Shown here: in pieces, positions 1 to 9,953 of the stretch
Layout: each line of letters starts with the position of its first letter
How positions within the stretch are numbered: the stretch's first letter is position 1
Assembly (NCBI GenBank): GCA_943373175.1
Contig: CALSBM010000007.1
Span: forward strand, 2,502-66,501
Source of the DNA: Chitinophaga pinensis
GTDB lineage: Bacteria > Bacteroidota > Bacteroidia > UBA7662 > JAIXUI01
Direction: 5' to 3'
DNA length: 64,000 bases
Position numbers and translations under genes: made by a program
Notes under the pieces: generated by a model
Told to the model about the DNA's origin: nothing
The model's database searches: none
The model's input: only the letters and a program-made list of their open reading frames with translations

Positions 1-1955
1 GCAGGATCTCCAAAGGTATATCGAGCGAGGTAAGGGAAGTCAGAGCCGATGTCTTGCTGTCCGGTAACTCCATAACCTATACGTAGTTTAAGATTAGAAA
101 GCTTCGACATATTACGGAAGATGCCTTCCTCTTTCAGCCTCCATGCTAATGCAGCCGATGGGAAAAGCCCCCAACGGGTATCAGGGCTGAAACGGGAAGA
201 ACCATCTTGACGTACAGTAACCGTAAGCAGATACTTCTCATTCAAGGTATAATTCAAACGACCATAAAAAGAAACTAAGGTGTTTTGAGTTTTGAATGGA
301 AGACCCGCTTTGTTGAGGGTATCTCCACGCTGGTTAACGTTAGGATAAGCCGGAACGCTGGTGTACCAATCCTGCCAGGAGTATCCTGCGGTTAAATCAA
401 TCTTACTTTTCAGACTTGGAATTTCCTTCACATAATTTCCGTAGAAATCAAGCACTTGATTGCGCTTATAGTTATTGAAGATGTTATTAGTTCCTCGGTT
501 CAGAAACCCTGCAGCATAGTTCGAATCAACTACAATGGTACCACGTCCTCGTCCTTCATCCATACCAACGTTAAGATTGAGTCGAAGTTCAGGCAAAAAG
601 TGAAGTTTATAGTCTAATTGAACATTCCCAATAGTTCGGTAAACAGTGGACTCATCAGTGCGAGCATTCAATAAGGAAACTGGGTTACGTGGTGCAAGCA
701 CATTAGGGAGACGGGTAGAAGGGTCAAGCCACTCGAAGTAACCACTATAAGCAGTGGTATCACTTTTAACATTCTGAGTGGGGTCAAAGGTTACTGCCGA
801 TCCGATGGCTCCTTGGTCAGCGAAAAAGTTCTGCGTCATAGCAGAACGTAAATTCATATTAACCTTAAGATGATTGTTGAAGAATGTTGGGCTCAAATTG
901 AAAGCACCACTCAAACGATCCATCGTAGAACGCTTTAAAATACCATCCTGCTTCAAATAACCGATTGAAGCACGATATGGGAGATTTTTCACTCCACCGC
1001 TAAAGCTAATGTTGTTATCTGAAGACATGGCCAGTCGGTAAATTTCTTCTTGCCAATCTGTGTTTGCAGTACCTACCAGACGTTGCATGTTAGCATTGCC
1101 TTTTTCAGCAATCAACTTACGAACTTCATCTCCGGTAAGTACATCCACTTTTCCGGGAAGTTGGCTAATGGAGTTAACGGTGTTAACGTTTACTTGAAGT
1201 TTAGTCGCACCGGCTGCACCCTTTTTGGTGGTAATGATGATTACCCCGTTAGAAGCACGATTACCATAAATAGCCGCCGCAGAAGCATCTTTCAAAATGG
1301 TAATGTTCTCAATATCATTAGGGTTTATTAAGTTAAGTGGGTTTGCAGATCCGCCAATACCGCCATTGTCGATGGGCACTCCATCGATAACAATGAGTGG
1401 ATCGTTGCTGGCATTCAGCGACGAACCACCACGGATGCGAATACGGCTTCCGGCTCCGGGTGCGCCACCATTCGAGGTTATCTGAACCCCGGCAACTTTT
1501 CCCTGAATCAGCTGATCCGCAGTTTGGATATTTCCTTGAACAAAATCCTTAGAAGAAATAGTAGCAATAGAGCCGGTTAGGTCAGATTTCTTCTGAGTAC
1601 CGTAACCAATGACCACCATCTCATTCAACTGAGTGGAGCTGCTCATATCGAAAGAGAGCTTTAAATTCTCTCCTTCCTTCAGGGTTACAGCCTTGGTCTG
1701 TTTCTGAAACCCTACGAAAGAAATGGTCAGCGTATATTGGCCTGCCGACAATCCTTGAAACTGGTAATTACCGTCCAGATCGGTAATGGTGCCTTTTTTT
1801 CCGGGCTCAAGCTGCACCGTGGCTCCTGCCAGGCTCTGCTTTTTGTCGTCCCGAACTACACCACTGATGCTGGCCTTCTGTGCAAAGGCTGCGCTTGTTA
1901 GTAGGCTGAACACCATTAAGGCTAGCCACTGAACTCGCTTGTAATGTTGGCTCAT
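1..1955 (-). CDS. TonB-dependent outer-membrane receptor, SusC/RagA-like (N-terminal ~650 aa; C-terminus runs off window start)
   Basis: Minus-strand ORF starting at ATG 1955 with no stop in the window (so absent from the ORF track). Translation begins MSQHYKRVQWLALMVFSLLTSAAFAQ (signal peptide). A carboxypeptidase-regulatory-like region, a TonB-plug region (GYGTQKKSDLTGSIATI...) and a beta-barrel with GY/DW-rich motifs follow. Confidence 0.8.
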   Translation of the reverse strand, partial: MSQHYKRVQWLALMVFSLLTSAAFAQKASISGVVRDDKKQSLAGATVQLEPGKKGTITDLDGNYQFQGLSAGQYTLTISFVGFQKQTKAVTLKEGENLKLSFDMSSSTQLNEMVVIGYGTQKKSDLTGSIATISSKDFVQGNIQTADQLIQGKVAGVQITSNGGAPGAGSRIRIRGGSSLNASNDPLIVIDGVPIDNGGIGGSANPLNLINPNDIENITILKDASAAAIYGNRASNGVIIITTKKGAAGATKLQVNVNTVNSISQLPGKVDVLTGDEVRKLIAEKGNANMQRLVGTANTDWQEEIYRLAMSSDNNISFSGGVKNLPYRASIGYLKQDGILKRSTMDRLSGAFNLSPTFFNNHLKVNMNLRSAMTQNFFADQGAIGSAVTFDPTQNVKSDTTAYSGYFEWLDPSTRLPNVLAPRNPVSLLNARTDESTVYRTIGNVQLDYKLHFLPELRLNLNVGMDEGRGRGTIVVDSNYAAGFLNRGTNNIFNNYKRNQVLDFYGNYVKEIPSLKSKIDLTAGYSWQDWYTSVPAYPNVNQRGDTLNKAGLPFKTQNTLVSFYGRLNYTLNEKYLLTVTVRQDGSSRFSPDTRWGLFPSAALAWRLKEEGIFRNMSKLSNLKLRIGYGVTGQQDIGSDFPYLARYTFGDP

Positions 1956-2273
1956 GCGAATGATTTTTGATTTAGGTTAAGATTATGTTAGGAAACGCGC
2001 TTCTAAATTATTGGGTCATTAGCAATTTCCCAATTAATGGAGCAGTTTATTTATTACTCTTTTTAGAAGCTATTCGCTTTACCGCTTCATTTTTCCGAAT
2101 TCCACAACAAAAAGGGAATACTATCGGAGTTTCTTTAGTGGATAAAAAAGTAATTTTTTATATTTATCGATTTGAAGGATTGTCAATTTTAACCTTTATT
2201 CTCAAGAATCGAAAAAGTGCCAACTGTTTCATCAATTGGCACTTACACAAAAATGTTACTCTTTTGGCTGAAC

Positions 2274-2687
2274 TCAACTATTCAATGTCCAAGTAAGACT
2301 GATTTCGGTGTTCAGCAATAATGAGATAGGGCAATTAGCCTTCGCTTCGTCTGCCAGCTCCTCAAAACGCTCTTTCGTAATCTCTTTAACCTTTGCATCT
2401 AGCACTAAGGAAGAGTTAACGATTTTTCCATTTTCTAAGACAATGGTGCAGGAAGTATCCAATGCATCGGCAGTAAAACCTGCACTGCTTATTAAAAAGG
2501 TCAGCTTCATAGTAAAACATCCGGCATGTGCCGCTGCGATAAGTTCTTCCGGATTGGTGCCTGTACCTTGCTCAAAACGGGACAAATACGAATACGGCGT
2601 TTCTGCTAACACACCGCTATCGGTACTTAAATGACCACTTCCTGTTTTTCCTGATCCTGCCCAATGGGCTGTAGCTGTTCTTTTCAT
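2274..2687 (-). CDS. OsmC/Ohr family protein (organic hydroperoxide resistance-like)
   Basis: Translation MKRTATAHWAGSGKTGSGHLST...GTNPEELIAAAHAGCF resembles OsmC. The internal Met at 2687 was preferred over the track start at 2741. Confidence 0.7.
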   Translation of the reverse strand: MKRTATAHWAGSGKTGSGHLSTDSGVLAETPYSYLSRFEQGTGTNPEELIAAAHAGCFTMKLTFLISSAGFTADALDTSCTIVLENGKIVNSSLVLDAKVKEITKERFEELADEAKANCPISLLLNTEISLTWTLNS

Positions 2688-2772
2688 TAGATGTTTGGTT
2701 TTCGCTACAAAATTGCACCCCGTCAACCAGTCTCCAAACAACTATTCTATATAACACCTGCATTTCGTCGGA

Positions 2773-4026
2773 TTGGCTATCTTTCCACCTATGCGTGATT
2801 CTGTTCCGGCTTCCAGCCAACGTCCGGTTTACACCCTCATCCTAGTAGCCGCTCTGGGCTACTTTGTGGACATTTACGACCTCATCTTATTTAATGTAGT
2901 CAAAAAGGCAAGCTTAGAGTCTTTGGGAATATTTGGTGCTGAGTTAGAAGAAAAGGGAATATTCCTTTTCAATATGCAAATGATGGGTATGTTGATAGGC
3001 GGCGTTCTCTGGGGCATCCTGGGAGATAAACGCGGTCGGTTATCGGTGTTATTTGGTTCTATCATCACGTACTCTATTGCTAATATTCTGAATGGATTTG
3101 TTACTGACGTTAATATGTATGCCTTGCTACGTTTTATCGCTGGTATTGGTCTGGCAGGCGAATTGGGTGCTGGAATAACCCTCGTTTCAGAAACCATGAG
3201 TAAAGAAAAACGAGGCATTGGCACCATGATAATCGTAACCTTTGGTGCACTGGGTGCTGTACTCGCAGCCTTAGTGGGTGATATGTTTTCATGGCAGGTT
3301 TCTTATTGGATGGGTGGAGTAATGGGCTTGGCTTTACTTGCCCTTCGTTTGGGCACGTATGAGTCGGGAATGTTTCTCAAGACAAAGCAAACCTCCATCA
3401 ACAGAGGGCTGTTTTTTAGCTTGTTCACTCAAAAAGAGCGTCGGGTTAAGTACCTGGATTGTATAGCAGTAGGTTTACCAATCTGGTTTGCAGTTGGGGT
3501 GCTAATAGCGCTACTCCCACAATTTAAACCCTTTTTGAAGTTGCAGGAAGATTGCTCGGTAGGCACAGCCATAATGTATTGTTACTTGGGATTGTCAGCC
3601 GGTGATTTGCTTTCAGGCATACTTAGTCAGATGCTCAAAAGCAGGAAAAAGGTGGTCATTGGTTATTTGGTAGCCTCATTTGTTTTGATGTTATTTTACT
3701 TATTAGGCTCCGGCCATAGCAGTTGGATGTTTCGACTGCTTTGCTTCCTGATTGGAGCTTCTACTGGCTATTGGGCTTTGTTTGTTACAATAGCCTCTGA
3801 GCAGTTTGGAACCAACATGCGTTCAACTGTTACTACCACCGTTCCCAATTTTGTGCGAGGTGCTGTTGTTCCGATTACGCTAATTTTCAGCGGATTATCC
3901 CCACTGTTAGGAGTAATTGGTGCAGCAGTTTTTGTAGGAAGTGTTTGCCTGCTTTTGGCTTTCCGGTCAATCTTTAGGCTGAAAGAAACCTTTCATGAAG
4001 ATTTGGATTACTTTGAAACTCTCTGA
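2773..4026 (+). CDS. MFS transporter
   Basis: 417 aa with about 12 predicted TM helices and MFS-like motifs (GxLxDKxGRL-like 'GILGDKRGRLS'). The stop overlaps the next ATG (TGATG). Confidence 0.75.
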   Translation: MAIFPPMRDSVPASSQRPVYTLILVAALGYFVDIYDLILFNVVKKASLESLGIFGAELEEKGIFLFNMQMMGMLIGGVLWGILGDKRGRLSVLFGSIITYSIANILNGFVTDVNMYALLRFIAGIGLAGELGAGITLVSETMSKEKRGIGTMIIVTFGALGAVLAALVGDMFSWQVSYWMGGVMGLALLALRLGTYESGMFLKTKQTSINRGLFFSLFTQKERRVKYLDCIAVGLPIWFAVGVLIALLPQFKPFLKLQEDCSVGTAIMYCYLGLSAGDLLSGILSQMLKSRKKVVIGYLVASFVLMLFYLLGSGHSSWMFRLLCFLIGASTGYWALFVTIASEQFGTNMRSTVTTTVPNFVRGAVVPITLIFSGLSPLLGVIGAAVFVGSVCLLLAFRSIFRLKETFHEDLDYFETL

Positions 4027-5153
4027 TGGCGGGGCTTTACCTTCATATTCCGTTTTGCAGAAAGGCCTGCCATTATTGCGATTTTCATTTTTCTACCTCT
4101 GGACGATTAAGAAAGGAAATCTTAACGTCTATCGTCAAAGAAATGGAAGTTCACGCTCATGCAGCTAATCTATATTCCTTCAAAACAATCTATTTCGGCG
4201 GGGGAACTCCTTCTCTTTTAACTCCTGAAGAGTTGATTTTTTTGTTTGAAGCCATTTATTACCATTTTCAGATTGCGCCTGAAGCAGAAATTACTCTTGA
4301 AGCCAATCCTTCCGATCTTAATAGTGCTTACCTCCGAGAACTGAAACAAACTCCCATTAATAGACTGTCCATCGGCTTGCAAAGTTTTGATGAAGCACAG
4401 CTCCGATGGATGAACCGCGACCATTCAGAATATGAAAGTGTTCAGGCGGTGAAACTTGCTTTTGAAGCAGGTTTCGAATCCCTAAATGTTGACTTAATCT
4501 ATGGTATTCCGGGAACCGACATGGCATACTGGGAAAGGCAGTTAGCCCGTATGAATGAGCTTCCAGTCCATCATCTTTCTGCGTACTGCCTAACCGTGGA
4601 GCCAGGAACTGCTTTGGCACATTTTGTTAAGAAAGGCAATAGTAAGCCAGTGGACGAGGAAATGGCTGCTACTCACTTCGGTATGCTTAAAACATGGGCA
4701 GCGCAACGTGGATGGGAACATTACGAAATGTCTAACTTTTGCCAGCCCGGCCACCAGGCGCGGCACAACAGTGCATACTGGAACCTGCAACCTTATCTGG
4801 GACTTGGCCCTTCTGCTCATAGTTATACCGGAAAAGAACGACACGCTAATGTTGCTTCTAATCCTAAGTATGTCAAGTGCTTGTCGGATAGTTTACAGAG
4901 TTGGGAAACAGAACATCTTTCCGAAACCGACCACTATCACGACTGGCTGCTTACCGGTTTCAGAACAAAAGAGGGCATTCAATTAGTGAACATGCCGGAA
5001 CTTCCAAACATAGTCAAAACTCATTTTGATCAAGAAATCCGGAAGTTGCTTGAGGCCGATAAAATCATCAAAACGCCGGCAGGGTACGTGATACCAAGCC
5101 ACCAATGGTTTACCATGGATCAAGTATTGGAGGCTTTATTTTACGTGGAATAG
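4026..5153 (+). CDS. hemW: radical SAM heme chaperone HemW (HemN-like)
   Basis: N-terminus LYLHIPFCRKACHYCDFH carries the CxxxCxxC radical-SAM motif, and the 375-aa length is typical of HemW. Confidence 0.85.
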   Translation: MAGLYLHIPFCRKACHYCDFHFSTSGRLRKEILTSIVKEMEVHAHAANLYSFKTIYFGGGTPSLLTPEELIFLFEAIYYHFQIAPEAEITLEANPSDLNSAYLRELKQTPINRLSIGLQSFDEAQLRWMNRDHSEYESVQAVKLAFEAGFESLNVDLIYGIPGTDMAYWERQLARMNELPVHHLSAYCLTVEPGTALAHFVKKGNSKPVDEEMAATHFGMLKTWAAQRGWEHYEMSNFCQPGHQARHNSAYWNLQPYLGLGPSAHSYTGKERHANVASNPKYVKCLSDSLQSWETEHLSETDHYHDWLLTGFRTKEGIQLVNMPELPNIVKTHFDQEIRKLLEADKIIKTPAGYVIPSHQWFTMDQVLEALFYVE

Positions 5154-5211
5154 CCCTAAGTAGGGGAAAAGCTTAGCAACTAAAGGGTGGAGGAAGGAAG
5201 GTCAGAAGAAT

Positions 5212-5231
5212 TAGCCGCCCCTTCGGGGCGG
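5212..5231 (-). terminator. GC-rich hairpin downstream (minus-strand sense) of the tRNA-Leu pair
   Basis: gccgcccc-ttcg-gggcggc forms a perfect 8-bp stem. On the minus strand it is followed by TAATTCTTCT. Confidence 0.4.
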
Positions 5232-5237
5232 CATCAG

Positions 5238-5321
<84 letters not shown>

Positions 5322-5330
5322 TATCTTCTG

Positions 5331-5412
5331 TACCCAGGGCCGGGCTCGAACCGGCACGACTTGCGTCACAGGTGTTTGAGACCAGCGCGTCTACCAATTC
5401 CGCCACCTGGGC
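5331..5412 (-). tRNA. tRNA-Leu (anticodon CAA), class II
   Basis: The reverse complement has D-arm GCGGAATTGGTAGACGC, anticodon loop CTCAAAC (CAA), variable-arm hairpin GAC-gcaa-GTC and T-arm GCCGG-TTCGAGC-CCGGC. The anticodon stem has one mismatch and the acceptor stem has a G1-U72 wobble. Confidence 0.7.
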
Positions 5413-5467
5413 TAAGCGGTTGCAAAAGTAAAGGTAAAATCCGCTTCACCAAACAAAGCGATTAAAT

Positions 5468-7420
5468 TTGTGGTTCAGTTTCACAAAACCTCTCATGTCT
5501 TCCTTATACTGCCCTAGCCTTACTGATTACAAACGTTTCTCCACTCGCGTGGTACAAATTGGCGATGTTGCCATGGGAGGGTCAAACCCCATTGTAGTTC
5601 AGTCGATGACTACTACTGATACCATGGACACAGAAGCAACCGTGGCTCAGTCGATACGGTTGATAGAAGCCGGTTGCGAAATCGTTCGTATTACTGCTCC
5701 GAGCCTGAAGGAAGCTGAAAATCTAGCGAACATCAAGCGCGAGCTGAAAAACAGAGGTTACCATGTTCCGCTTGTTGCCGATATCCACTTTACTCCTAAT
5801 GCTGCTGAAGTGGCTGCCAGAATCGTGGAGAAAGTGCGCATCAATCCAGGCAATTTTGTGGATAAGAAGAAGTTCGAACAAATCGATTATACCGAATCGT
5901 CTTACGAAGCTGAACTCGCTCGCATTAGAAAGAAGTTCATCCCTTTGGTGAAAATCTGCAAGGAATACGGCACTGCCATGCGCATCGGCACTAACCACGG
6001 CTCCCTTTCCGATCGAATTATGAGCCGCTATGGCGATACGCCTCTGGGCATGGTTGAATCGGCGATGGAGTTCCTCCGCATAGCACGAGAATTGGACTAT
6101 CATCAAATTGTACTTTCCATGAAGGCCAGTAATCCTCAGGTAATGGTGCAAGCTTACCGAATGCTGGTGAGCACCATGATGCAAAACAACATGGATTATC
6201 CGTTGCACCTTGGCGTTACTGAAGCCGGCGATGGCGAAGATGGCCGCATCAAATCAGCCGTTGGAATCGGAACTTTGTTGGAAGATGGCTTAGGCGATAC
6301 CGTTCGGGTGTCCCTCACCGAAGAACCAGAATTCGAAATTCCGGTAGCCCGGGCTTTAATTGATCGTTACAGCCAGCGTAAAGCTTCAAGACCAATTCCT
6401 GAACTTAGAAACCCTCATGACTTCCTTCATTACTCAAAAAGAGCAACGCATGAAGTCCTCAACTTCGGAGGCAAACATGTTCCTCCTGTGGTTGCTGATT
6501 TAAGTGGAAGAAGTTTAGACTACAACACCCTGAATGAGATCGGCTATCATTATGATGAACCGTCCGATAAATGGCATCTGGCTGATCAAACTGCAGATTA
6601 TGTCTTCACTCGCCAATTACCTGAATTCCGCAACTGGCCAACCACGCTGGGCGTTTTAGTGCCTTTCAAAGAATGGAAGCAGGGAATCGACCGTTGTTAT
6701 CCGGTTTTAACTGCAAGTGAATACCAGTCCGCAACCAACGCGGGAGTTGCGTTTCTACAGATTAGTTTACCAGAACTAACCGAAGAGTTGATTGAAATGA
6801 TTCGCAGCGATAAAAATCTGGTGCTGGTAATTGCTACCGACAACGCACATGCGATGCCCGAAATGCGCCGACTTTATCTGGAACTGCTGCATTATGGACT
6901 AACTAATCCTTCCATTGTTCATCGTACATACCAAGAATTGAATCAGGAACTGACGCAGCTCGCAGCTTCAACCGATGCTGGAGCACTTTTCTTAGACGGA
7001 TTCGGGGAAGGAATTTGGATTGGTAACGAGGATTTACATCCTTTAAACTCGTTCAATAGCCTCGCATTTGGCATTCTTCAAGCTACTCGTCTTAGAATTT
7101 CGAAGACAGAATATATTGCTTGCCCATCTTGCGGAAGAACTCTTTTTGATTTACAGGAAACAACTGCCAAAATCCGCAAAAGAACCAGCCACCTAAAAGG
7201 AGTAAAAATTGGCATTATGGGTTGCATTGTTAACGGTCCCGGCGAAATGGCCGATGCCGATTATGGCTATGTGGGCTCCGGTCAAGGAAAAATTACCCTA
7301 TACAAAGGCAAGGAAATAGTTAAACGAAACATTCCATCGTCAGGAGCAGTTGATGCTCTGGTTGAATTAATCCGCCATCATGGAGATTGGATTGAGCCTA
7401 CAGCTAACCCTTTCGGTTAA
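5468..7420 (+). CDS. ispG: 4-hydroxy-3-methylbut-2-enyl diphosphate synthase IspG (long Bacteroidota-type form with insert domain)
   Basis: VVQIGDVAMGGSNPIVVQSMTTTDT motif is characteristic of IspG. The C-terminal Cys cluster CPSCGRT...GCIVNGPGE is also present. The true start may be the Met at 5495. Confidence 0.9.
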   Translation: MWFSFTKPLMSSLYCPSLTDYKRFSTRVVQIGDVAMGGSNPIVVQSMTTTDTMDTEATVAQSIRLIEAGCEIVRITAPSLKEAENLANIKRELKNRGYHVPLVADIHFTPNAAEVAARIVEKVRINPGNFVDKKKFEQIDYTESSYEAELARIRKKFIPLVKICKEYGTAMRIGTNHGSLSDRIMSRYGDTPLGMVESAMEFLRIARELDYHQIVLSMKASNPQVMVQAYRMLVSTMMQNNMDYPLHLGVTEAGDGEDGRIKSAVGIGTLLEDGLGDTVRVSLTEEPEFEIPVARALIDRYSQRKASRPIPELRNPHDFLHYSKRATHEVLNFGGKHVPPVVADLSGRSLDYNTLNEIGYHYDEPSDKWHLADQTADYVFTRQLPEFRNWPTTLGVLVPFKEWKQGIDRCYPVLTASEYQSATNAGVAFLQISLPELTEELIEMIRSDKNLVLVIATDNAHAMPEMRRLYLELLHYGLTNPSIVHRTYQELNQELTQLAASTDAGALFLDGFGEGIWIGNEDLHPLNSFNSLAFGILQATRLRISKTEYIACPSCGRTLFDLQETTAKIRKRTSHLKGVKIGIMGCIVNGPGEMADADYGYVGSGQGKITLYKGKEIVKRNIPSSGAVDALVELIRHHGDWIEPTANPFG

Positions 7421-7458
7421 GAGGCTACCTATTCAGGCTTTCTAACTTTTTCATTGAA

Positions 7459-8763
7459 TTGAAAAAATTGGTCAATACGCTACTGATTCAAATCTCGAAC
7501 GATGAGGTTGTGCTCTCTCCTACCTTAATTATTCCAATAACTGAAACCAATTTCCCATACCAATACTGTAACCTTAGTAATTATAAAAAAATATTCTGGG
7601 AAGTAGAATTAACTGGATATTCAGAAGACACAAGTTGTTTGAAATTAAAAGTATTGAACTATAATGCCATTTTTGATGATAGATTAAAGAAGCAAAGACC
7701 AACGAGAAAAATTGAAAAACTTGAATTCGAAAAATTTGACTGGAGAAGTCTTGAAGCACTTTTAACCTCCTATAAAGCAGCGCAGTTAGATTCCTTCGTA
7801 GAAAAAAATCCAATAGCCTTCAACCATAGAACAGCATCTGGAAGTCATGTTGAATTTATAGAACCCCTTTCTCCAAAAAAAACTGAAAGCACTTCTTCCA
7901 CTCCTTCAAATGAAATAATAGAAATTTCTAAACAATGGAGAATAAAATTTGAGGATGCTTTTTTCGAATTGGGGTATATCCGATTTATAAAAGAATTTCC
8001 AGAGATAAAAAAAGCAGTTATAATAAAAATATTCAACGATAATTTATTGCCTGAATTCGAATTGATAAAACCGTGGTTTATAAAGAAGTTAGGCAAGACT
8101 TTTCAAGTTGAAATAAAAGCAAAAATTAATTCTGAACAACTCATTGATTACGATGCGACTTCCTCAATAATTAGCGCTATCAATCCTAATTTATTGGAAA
8201 ATATTCGTCAACAACGGATATGGGGGTTACAAAAAACACCTAATAAAACCGAAATTGACCAATCGCTATTCACTTCCGATGAAATATTTGAACATGCGAT
8301 TGATAAGGGTGGCAATTTGTTTCAACAAAATGAATTAGAAGTGCTAGAAATCCTATCACAATTAAATTCAGTCCGGAATAAAAGGCAATTAACCTATTTG
8401 GCGAGTCAGCTTCAAAATAATCATTCCAAACTTAGATTCACTTTAAATCCACATTTTGGATTTGTCTTTCACGTTATTGGAAAAACTCAACACCATTTCA
8501 TTTGGGAGCTTTTAAATAGTCATGCCACTTATGTGTGGAGCAGACCCAAAAATGAAATATCAGAAATAAATTTGTTTAAAGAATTAGAAGCAATCATCAA
8601 TTATATCCGATTAGAAGGAAGAGATACCTATAAAAGTGCTTACAGACAGTTCAAGAGAGACGAAAACTGGATTTTTAATTCCATTGATCACGAAGATGCA
8701 AACTCATCATTTAAAGATGGTTTTGTAAAATGGAAATATAAACTGGAAGAAAAACTGGTTTAA
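7459..8763 (+). CDS. hypothetical protein (low-GC orphan gene, no recognisable family)
   Basis: Uninterrupted 434-aa ORF at roughly 32-35% GC, against about 45% for its neighbours. The product is K/E/N/I-rich with no signal peptide or TM segment, and no motif I can assign. Confidence 0.5.
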   Translation: MKKLVNTLLIQISNDEVVLSPTLIIPITETNFPYQYCNLSNYKKIFWEVELTGYSEDTSCLKLKVLNYNAIFDDRLKKQRPTRKIEKLEFEKFDWRSLEALLTSYKAAQLDSFVEKNPIAFNHRTASGSHVEFIEPLSPKKTESTSSTPSNEIIEISKQWRIKFEDAFFELGYIRFIKEFPEIKKAVIIKIFNDNLLPEFELIKPWFIKKLGKTFQVEIKAKINSEQLIDYDATSSIISAINPNLLENIRQQRIWGLQKTPNKTEIDQSLFTSDEIFEHAIDKGGNLFQQNELEVLEILSQLNSVRNKRQLTYLASQLQNNHSKLRFTLNPHFGFVFHVIGKTQHHFIWELLNSHATYVWSRPKNEISEINLFKELEAIINYIRLEGRDTYKSAYRQFKRDENWIFNSIDHEDANSSFKDGFVKWKYKLEEKLV

Positions 8764-8799
8764 TGTTCTTCTTGTAGAAAAAGGTTAAACCCTTCTACC

Positions 8800-9183
8800 C
8801 TAATTAAACTTATTCTGTTTGAATTCTATTCCTGAAAATAAATACAGCATGATGATTCTACTGAAACGGAGAGAAAATGGAGAGAACAGTATCAACGCTG
8901 AAATAACAATAGCTAAATAGACCCAAACATCCGGGTCGTGAAGCAAAAAAAAGGTTCCGAAACCAAAAATGATACTTATTGCTACGCTGAAAGCATAGCT
9001 AACATACATAGCTCCCCAAAACAACCCAGGTTCAACTTCGTAATGCTGTCCACATACTGGACAATCAGAATTCATAATATGTCGCTTTGAAAACTGACTC
9101 ATAGGATAAGCATACACCTTGCCTTGCCTGCAACGAGGACAACGCCCTTCCGCGAGTGCACGAAAGTAACTAACAGTAGCCAA
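8800..9183 (-). CDS. DUF983-like membrane protein (CxxC...CxxC zinc-ribbon plus two TM helices)
   Basis: N-terminal CPRCRQG...CPVCGQ zinc ribbon followed by two hydrophobic helices. This family is commonly found at the distal end of caa3 oxidase clusters. Confidence 0.6.
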   Translation of the reverse strand: MATVSYFRALAEGRCPRCRQGKVYAYPMSQFSKRHIMNSDCPVCGQHYEVEPGLFWGAMYVSYAFSVAISIIFGFGTFFLLHDPDVWVYLAIVISALILFSPFSLRFSRIIMLYLFSGIEFKQNKFN

Positions 9184-9184
9184 C

Positions 9185-9415
9185 TTAACCTTGTTTACGC
9201 TTTCGCGTTTTAAAATAGTAAACTCCGCCTACTGTTCCTACAGCCAAGTATGGCAGTGAGAGCAAGTATAGGATTCCTTTATTTAAACCGTTTCCAACGG
9301 TTTTGCTTTCCTGCTGCTTACGGGAAGCTTCCAAAGCAGTCTTACACATCGGACATTGTGCTGAAACAACCAATGAACCGACAGAAAACAACAAGAGAAA
9401 GGCGAACTTCTTCAT
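9185..9415 (-). CDS. small secreted/membrane protein with CPMC motif
   Basis: 76-aa protein with signal peptide MKKFAFLLLFSVGSLVVSAQ, then CPMCK, one C-terminal TM helix and a basic tail. It is translationally packed between the DUF420 and DUF983 genes. Confidence 0.5.
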   Translation of the reverse strand: MKKFAFLLLFSVGSLVVSAQCPMCKTALEASRKQQESKTVGNGLNKGILYLLSLPYLAVGTVGGVYYFKTRKRKQG

Positions 9416-9416
9416 T

Positions 9417-9953
9417 TTAAAATTGGTAGTAAGGTGAAATCATGAGATAAACAACTACTCCGGTTACTGTAACATATAACCAAATAGGAAAAGAAAAGCG
9501 AACGAGTTTTTTGTGTTTAGCCACTTTTCCGGTTAATCCGTAATAAAACGATATCAACACCATGGGCAACACAATCGCTGCAAGCAAAATATGAGTAAGT
9601 AAAATAATTAGATAAACAGGCCTGATGGGATTGTCTTCCGGAAATCTTGTTTCTACTCCAAAAGCATGAAAGGTGACATAAGACAAGAGAAATAAGGAAC
9701 TGAGTGCAAAGGCTATGAGATTTAGCTTCTTATGTAAATCAATGTTTTTGCTTTTTATGGCCATAAGGGAAGCTATTAACAACAAGGAAGTTGACCCATT
9801 CAGTATTGCATTAAGCTTAGGAAGAAAGCGAACGAAGTCTGGCATTACTTCCGCTTTTGGCATCATAAACAGTACTACAACCGCTACAAACACTAACATC
9901 GAAACGATGTATATCCACCTTAGTGCGACTGTTTCCTTCACTGATTGTATCAT
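9417..9953 (-). CDS. DUF420-like four-TM membrane protein of cytochrome oxidase clusters
   Basis: 178-aa protein with four TM helices. It overlaps the SCO1 gene by 4 bp, and its position after the SCO gene is typical of caa3 loci. Confidence 0.6.
   Translation of the reverse strand: MIQSVKETVALRWIYIVSMLVFVAVVVLFMMPKAEVMPDFVRFLPKLNAILNGSTSLLLIASLMAIKSKNIDLHKKLNLIAFALSSLFLLSYVTFHAFGVETRFPEDNPIRPVYLIILLTHILLAAIVLPMVLISFYYGLTGKVAKHKKLVRFSFPIWLYVTVTGVVVYLMISPYYQF

Noticed and set aside
5723-6208. A 161-aa minus-strand ORF, together with several other antisense or overlapping ORFs in the track (for example 2308-2634, 4218-4844, 14227-14556, 22260-22553, 24416-24918, 36003-36811, 47199-47713, 55341-56269, 59130-61335).
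   Set aside because: Each lies entirely inside a confidently identified gene on the other strand or frame (ispG, OsmC, hemW, coxA, ccoNO, ccoI, aspS, mltD-like, gapA, the T9SS protein). Their products have odd, low-complexity compositions typical of out-of-frame translation.
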